This document shows positions 59,431 through 64,000 of a stretch of 64,000 bases of DNA, piece after piece. The position numbers and the translations under genes are program-made. The stretch spans positions 10,835-74,834 of the forward strand of contig CAYFID010000001.1 of the NCBI GenBank assembly GCA_964343205.1, given 5' to 3'. How positions within the stretch are numbered: the first letter of the stretch is position 1; every line of letters begins with the position of its first letter. Source of the DNA: an uncultured Candidatus Poseidoniales archaeon (GTDB taxonomy: Archaea > Thermoplasmatota > Poseidoniia > Poseidoniales > Thalassarchaeaceae). The notes below the pieces were generated by a model. The model worked only from the letters and a program-made list of their open reading frames with translations. It searched no databases and had not been told where the DNA came from.

Positions 59431-60678
59431 TCAAGAAATCTGGTACCTCAACAATGCTGCGATACCGCCGAAGGCGGAGTTTAGTGTGGCTCCTTCTTCC
59501 GTATCCAGCGAGATTAGTCTGACCTTGGCAGAGGTATGGCCTGCTAGTACAGTGAACTCGTCAATTAGCTCCATGGTCCTCTCTGAATCCTCCCTAACCA
59601 TCCCTGAATGGCACTCAGGACAATTAGGCTGTGATGATCTCTTGTCTTGAGTTGACTGCCATTCATGCTTGCACCCCTTGCAAATCCAAGATACTCTACT
59701 CTTAGTGAGCCCTTCAGAAAGAAGTAGTGTGGAGACGGCCCCCTGATCTAGAGCTGAACGAATCATGACTTCTCCGTAGGTCGCCTTCGGATTTGCCTTC
59801 ATTACCTCTTTAAGAAACTCGTCGACTAGTGTCCTCTCTATATCCAGTTCTATCTGGTCCATCGTTGATCCGGCTCGTTGTATCAACTCCCTCAGGCCGC
59901 TCTCATTAGAATAGCCGACGTCAAAATATGGCTCTGCTATTAGTTTCTTTATTTCATGATGGAAGTAGTCTTGCTTAACTACGAAGTCCTTTGTCGCTCC
60001 GGGCCCCCCAATAATGATGCCTCTGAGGTTCTGCACCATTGGTAGCCAATAACTCGAAGCTCTCTCTGTTGCCTTCTTGAAGAACTTGTGCGCGGCCTCC
60101 TCGATCAGTCTCTCGAACCTCTGAGCGGATTGTCCTCCTCGTCCATGCTTGGATGGAACCAGTGAGGTGATGTGTTCCTGGCAGTGAAGCCTCTTACCCG
60201 ATGCTAATCCATATGCTGCTTCTGATCTGTCAATCACGAATAGGCCGTAAGATGTTCGGTCGATGAGCATCTCTTCCAACTGACTAATTTCGAAGGTGGA
60301 GTCACACCTGTACCTGAATGAAGGAAATGGCTCCGGGGGGTCGTCCACTACCGTGGAGATCAATCTGGTCTTGTTATTGCCAACAATCACATGACCTACG
60401 AAAATTGCAATTCCCCCTTCGCCCGGAGTTTTGTAGCGGTTCAATGATGAAACGGCAGATTCAATGGCATCTGTAACGTGCTTTTTAGTTGATTTTGACT
60501 TGATATTAGCGGCCTGCCCGGACTCATGGATAAGGTGGTGCCTAACATCGCTAATCATGCGATCCGGGGGGATAATCACAGTGACTAACTCCGTCCCCAT
60601 ACCTTTCATTTCGGAAAGTTCCTTGATCGCCTTCTTAAGACGGAGCCTCCGCTGCTGTTGTTCGAGATCGTCGGGCAT
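59431..60678 (-). CDS. prf1: Peptide chain release factor aRF1
   Basis: NIKS motif (AANIKSKS) and GGQ motif (HGRGGQSAQRFERL); a C-domain Cys4 insertion CKGC...CPEC. Confidence 0.9.
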   Translation of the reverse strand: MPDDLEQQQRRLRLKKAIKELSEMKGMGTELVTVIIPPDRMISDVRHHLIHESGQAANIKSKSTKKHVTDAIESAVSSLNRYKTPGEGGIAIFVGHVIVGNNKTRLISTVVDDPPEPFPSFRYRCDSTFEISQLEEMLIDRTSYGLFVIDRSEAAYGLASGKRLHCQEHITSLVPSKHGRGGQSAQRFERLIEEAAHKFFKKATERASSYWLPMVQNLRGIIIGGPGATKDFVVKQDYFHHEIKKLIAEPYFDVGYSNESGLRELIQRAGSTMDQIELDIERTLVDEFLKEVMKANPKATYGEVMIRSALDQGAVSTLLLSEGLTKSRVSWICKGCKHEWQSTQDKRSSQPNCPECHSGMVREDSERTMELIDEFTVLAGHTSAKVRLISLDTEEGATLNSAFGGIAALLRYQIS

Positions 60679-60773
60679 GTCGTTCCCCCGTGAATTGCCA
60701 CCACAGGCGGCATTTCAACCCTTCAGCGCTAGTATAGCATACGCATTGAAAGGCAGAGTGCCGACCTAGGGAC

Positions 60774-61475
60774 ATGGCGACGGTCGTAGTAGCGCTTGGC
60801 GGTAGTCTCCTAAGGCCCGAGGTAGATCATAGGCACAAGTGGTTGTTAGATCTGGTAGTAATCCTCAGGAAAAGAGTGGATTCCGGGGATAGAGTAGGGC
60901 TAGTCGTAGGGGGAGGGGCCCCCGCCCGAGAAGGAATAGAGCTGGCTAAGCCAATCATAGACGACACAGATCATCTGGACAGAATAGGAATTGCAGCTAC
61001 GAGACTGAATGCGACAATAGTTAGAGAGGCACTGTCGGACGGAGGCATTCCCGTATCTGGAAAGATACCCAAGACCGTCGATGACGCAGTGTTAGAGTTG
61101 GAGGAATGGGGTGTCGTAGTAATGGGGGGGACAGTCCCAGGGCACACGACAGATGCAGTCGCAGTCAAACTAGCGATTAGGAGTGGTGCGGAGAAGTGCG
61201 TAATTGCTACGAACGTCTCCAAGGTCTATGCTAACGATCCCAGACTGGATCCGGAATCAGAAGCATTCGACAGCCTCACCCTAGAGCAGCTACAGGGAAT
61301 CGTTGGCCCTCCAGAGCATTCAGTAGCTGGTGGGTCTCAAGTTGTAGACCCAGTGGGGGTTGGGGAGGCCTTGACAAATGGACTTGCTCTGGACATCCTG
61401 GATGGAAGAGACACGGACAAGATTAGGCGATCATTGGAAGGGAAGGATTTCGATGGAACGAAGGTGAGGGGTTGA
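60774..61475 (+). CDS. pyrH: Uridylate kinase (archaeal type)
   Basis: Amino-acid-kinase fold beginning VVVALGGSLL, and GGGAPAREGIE; 233 aa. Confidence 0.85.
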   Translation: MATVVVALGGSLLRPEVDHRHKWLLDLVVILRKRVDSGDRVGLVVGGGAPAREGIELAKPIIDDTDHLDRIGIAATRLNATIVREALSDGGIPVSGKIPKTVDDAVLELEEWGVVVMGGTVPGHTTDAVAVKLAIRSGAEKCVIATNVSKVYANDPRLDPESEAFDSLTLEQLQGIVGPPEHSVAGGSQVVDPVGVGEALTNGLALDILDGRDTDKIRRSLEGKDFDGTKVRG

Positions 61476-61774
61476 TGGCCAGTCGGAAGGACACGATAAT
61501 GAAGGCCGCAACTAGGACGGCGCAGCAGGCTCATGCCGCGGCATCAAAGAGGATATCACCCCCAAGAGGTAGGGTGAATTCCAACTCACACAGGCATTGC
61601 GTGGTTTGCTGGAAACCCATTCCTCTAGAAAGTGATCCAAGTATATGCGAGGGAGAGGATTGTGAGAGAATGCATTCTCGTAGGGAAAAGTCTAGGCGAA
61701 GATGGACATTCTTGATGTACTTGGGAATGGCGATTTTCGTTGGTTTGCTGGTATTTCAGTTAATAGCATATTAA
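61472..61774 (+). CDS. Small zinc-ribbon protein with C-terminal TM helix (hypothetical)
   Basis: HCVVCWKPI...CEGEDC Cys/His cluster and the C-terminal hydrophobic segment FLMYLGMAIFVGLLVFQLIAY; overlaps the pyrH stop by 4 nt. Confidence 0.45.
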   Translation: MMASRKDTIMKAATRTAQQAHAAASKRISPPRGRVNSNSHRHCVVCWKPIPLESDPSICEGEDCERMHSRREKSRRRWTFLMYLGMAIFVGLLVFQLIAY

Positions 61775-61819
61775 TGGGGGCAACAAATTGAATGATACCA
61801 AAATCTTGGAGATAATGGC

Positions 61820-62404
61820 ATGATGGTCAGGCTCCTATCGGTTCTGCCTGGTTTTATCGGAGTCCTTTGCGCTGTTATCGTTATTCTCAGCCTAATTGGC
61901 TACCAACCCGACGAGTCTGGCTCAGTGATTCCGGTAGTCCCGTGCACAGATGATGATTTTGGGTGTAACGTGGGAATGACAGGAGATGACATGGTGGTCC
62001 CTCTTGCATTTATCCTACTGGACATAGATATGGAAGTGGATTGGAATGAGCCAGATAGAGGGTGGATAGGGGTCGTTGATGCTTCTGCGGCTGATGATTG
62101 CCCTCCCGACTCCAATGGGCTAACTCAATGCAAAGCAGAAGATATCGAAGTTTTCCTAGTAGCCGGTGGGCCCCAATCTACCGGATCGATGAACTTCCAA
62201 GTGGATCCTGGAGCTTACAGGTTTGTTGCAGGAGGTCACGAGGGTTCTGGCCTAGACTCCCAAGAGGCGGTAATGAAGACTAGCGTGCACCTAAGTAACT
62301 ACGTAGAGATAGTTCTAGCAATGACATCTGCTCTCCTACTTGTGGGAGCAGGTGAAATGGCGTTCCCAGTTAGGAACTTACTGAAACGCTTCAGGGACTC
62401 TTGA
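61820..62404 (+). CDS. Hypothetical membrane/surface protein (N-terminal signal anchor plus C-terminal TM)
   Basis: N-terminal hydrophobic segment LLSVLPGFIGVLCAVIVILSLIGY and C-terminal IVLAMTSALLLVGAG; no recognisable domain. Confidence 0.45.
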   Translation: MMVRLLSVLPGFIGVLCAVIVILSLIGYQPDESGSVIPVVPCTDDDFGCNVGMTGDDMVVPLAFILLDIDMEVDWNEPDRGWIGVVDASAADDCPPDSNGLTQCKAEDIEVFLVAGGPQSTGSMNFQVDPGAYRFVAGGHEGSGLDSQEAVMKTSVHLSNYVEIVLAMTSALLLVGAGEMAFPVRNLLKRFRDS

Positions 62405-62440
62405 GCATGAGTGTCAGCATCGTTGAATAACCGGGGCTTT

Positions 62441-62569
62441 GTGGAGTTAGACGTGCAAGTAGCCAAATGCCCAAACTGCGGTTCAGAGATAGATGTCTCT
62501 GGACTAAACTCGTCATACGGGGGCTACAACTTCTACTGCGTAGTTTGTGGGCACACATGGCACGTATGA
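62441..62569 (+). CDS. Candidate 42-aa Cys4 zinc-ribbon miniprotein (GTG start)
   Basis: Reads VELDVQVAKCPNCGSEIDVSGLNSSYGGYNFYCVVCGHTWHV, with two CxxC pairs spaced as in zinc ribbons. Absent from the ORF track, presumably because there is no in-frame ATG. Confidence 0.3.
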   Translation: MELDVQVAKCPNCGSEIDVSGLNSSYGGYNFYCVVCGHTWHV

Positions 62570-62596
62570 ATTCTAGATGACGGCTTTAGTCTGGTT

Positions 62597-63625
62597 TCAG
62601 TCTTCCCTTGGCCAGTGTTCTGGAAGTGATAGGGGGTCCACTATCTCATCCGCGGCTATAATCTCAATCAGATTACCTTGTAGCTCTTCGAGACCAGTGC
62701 CAGTATGGGAACTGATGGTGTGATCGTCATCATTAGAGGTTTGTTCAGAAATGTCAGATTTGGTTCCCACGACCAATACTCTTCTGTCCGACATTAAACC
62801 TCTTACTTCCTCGAGTAGGCTCTCCTGCTCGGAGATAGGTGTTGTTGATTCTTCTGATCTATCAAGCAAGAACAACAGCACGTCTCCAAGATGTTCCAAT
62901 GCTGCAATGGCCTGCATCTCAATCTGATTCCTCTCGTCCATTGGGCGGTCCAGAAGCCCTGGCGTATCCACCATCTGGTACACCCTCCTTCTGTGAGTAA
63001 AGTGACCAAGGTGGAGCTGCTTTGTGGTGAACGGATAGGAGGCCACCTGTGGCTCCCCACTAGACATAGCCTCGATTAGTGCGGATTTTCCCACATTTGG
63101 AGAGCCAGCTACAACGATGCACGGTTCTAGGGGATCGATCGAGGGGAGCGTGCGAAGGGTGTTCCTTGCATCTCCGAGCCACAATATCTGCGGAGAGATC
63201 TGGTCAATAACTGAAGATAGCCTCCCATAGGCATGCCTCCTTGCCTTGTGGAAACCGTCGATGTCCCTTAGTCTGAGGATCTTTGACTGGGCCTCTCCTG
63301 AGATTCTCTGTGCTCTTTCTGCTGCCCATTGGAGAGCGCCTAGATTCCTCTTGTAATCGTCACAACCAACAGCAGCGTCCACCAAAGCCCTATCGAAATC
63401 AGTTAGGGCATTCAAACTGGGCCACCTGTCAACATAAGAGTTCAGAGTCTTGGCTGCTACGTCACATGCTGACTGCACCATCCTATTCATTTGCTTCCTG
63501 ACCCTGTGATACTTATCGGGATCTTCTACTAAATCTGCCTGGCTGCTTGCCCTACCAAATGCCTTGTCCAGTATCTCCTGAGGATAAAGAACGGTCGGAA
63601 TCGACCTCCACTCTACTGACGCCAT
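62597..63625 (-). CDS. Nog1-family GTP-binding protein
   Basis: G1 AGSPNVGKSAL, G2 FTT, G3 VDTPGLLD, and the Nog1 N-terminal helical domain; start set at the internal Met (MASVEWRSIPTV). Confidence 0.8.
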   Translation of the reverse strand: MASVEWRSIPTVLYPQEILDKAFGRASSQADLVEDPDKYHRVRKQMNRMVQSACDVAAKTLNSYVDRWPSLNALTDFDRALVDAAVGCDDYKRNLGALQWAAERAQRISGEAQSKILRLRDIDGFHKARRHAYGRLSSVIDQISPQILWLGDARNTLRTLPSIDPLEPCIVVAGSPNVGKSALIEAMSSGEPQVASYPFTTKQLHLGHFTHRRRVYQMVDTPGLLDRPMDERNQIEMQAIAALEHLGDVLLFLLDRSEESTTPISEQESLLEEVRGLMSDRRVLVVGTKSDISEQTSNDDDHTISSHTGTGLEELQGNLIEIIAADEIVDPLSLPEHWPRED

Positions 63626-63765
63626 GCCTCTACCTCCTTCACCGCCGCCACGGCATCGCACTTCAAGCATTAGCCGAGACGGGATTATCATTTTGAGCTA
63701 AATCGACCCGCTTATTTTTTCTATGACTACCTGAACGAAGGTGTGTGTCGGGGAGTAGCAATGGC

Positions 63766-64000
63766 ATGAAAATCCGCGATCTGCCGGACTGGGCAGTCAG
63801 GTTCCACGAGGAATATGGCTCCCCGAACCTTGATGATCTAAGCGATGTTTTCCACGGCCCCCTGATGGACAGGAAATATGGCCTCAGAAAGGATGACCTC
63901 GTGGAAGTACTGCTAGATCGTAGGATGCTACCAGAGGACAAGGACCCCTTTGTTAGGGGGATGATGATTGGAGGTAGGAGCACTTCTATAGACATACTCG
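63766..64000 (+). CDS. Hypothetical protein, 5-prime partial view (continues beyond window)
   Basis: Open frame from the ATG at 63766 to the window end; reads MKIRDLPDWAVRFHEEYGSPNLDDL...; no domain recognised. Confidence 0.35.
   Translation, partial: MKIRDLPDWAVRFHEEYGSPNLDDLSDVFHGPLMDRKYGLRKDDLVEVLLDRRMLPEDKDPFVRGMMIGGRSTSIDIL

Overview
This 64-kb window looks like an archaeal chromosomal segment. The archaeal call rests on a release factor with NIKS and GGQ motifs (aRF1), a Nog1-type GTPase, archaeal-type UMP kinase, an AglB/STT3 oligosaccharyltransferase, a CarS-like membrane protein and an XPD helicase. The marine Thermoplasmatota / MGII-like affiliation is inferred from gene content only.

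About half of the window encodes very large cell-surface proteins. Each has an N-terminal signal or anchor and a C-terminal transmembrane helix with a short cytoplasmic tail.
- A partial secreted protein at the left edge (1..2032) with Ca-binding Asp repeats.
- A 1439-aa beta-helix protein.
- A 3158-aa protein whose core is a complete AglB/STT3 oligosaccharyltransferase, embedded between an extra N-terminal membrane domain and a roughly 1900-aa extracellular extension.
- A 472-aa surface protein.
- A 2991-aa protein with thrombospondin-type-3-like Ca-binding repeats, a transglutaminase-like core and a DUF4129-like cytoplasmic tail.
- A 984-aa surface protein.

The giant AglB, an S8 subtilase and the beta-helix protein form a tight co-directional block downstream of a TATA-like box and a perfect palindrome.

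The rest is housekeeping and regulatory:
- MBL-fold hydrolase; a STAND-type ATPase (wHTH-P-loop-TPR).
- purD, a CarS-like protein, gdhA, an HD phosphohydrolase.
- An RHH regulator and a tandem-receiver / PPDK_N-domain protein separated by a structured 290-nt spacer.
- XPD/Rad3 helicase, Hsp20, tRNA-Leu(UAA), folB plus an SDR.
- A compact lipA / E1alpha / E1beta / E2 / E3 / lipB operon.
- Class-V aminotransferase, UbiX, a SAP-domain membrane M28 peptidase, a Bcp peroxiredoxin, argS, aRF1 with a Cys4 insert, pyrH, small zinc-ribbon proteins and a Nog1 GTPase.

No CRISPR array, rRNA or recognisable mobile element was seen.
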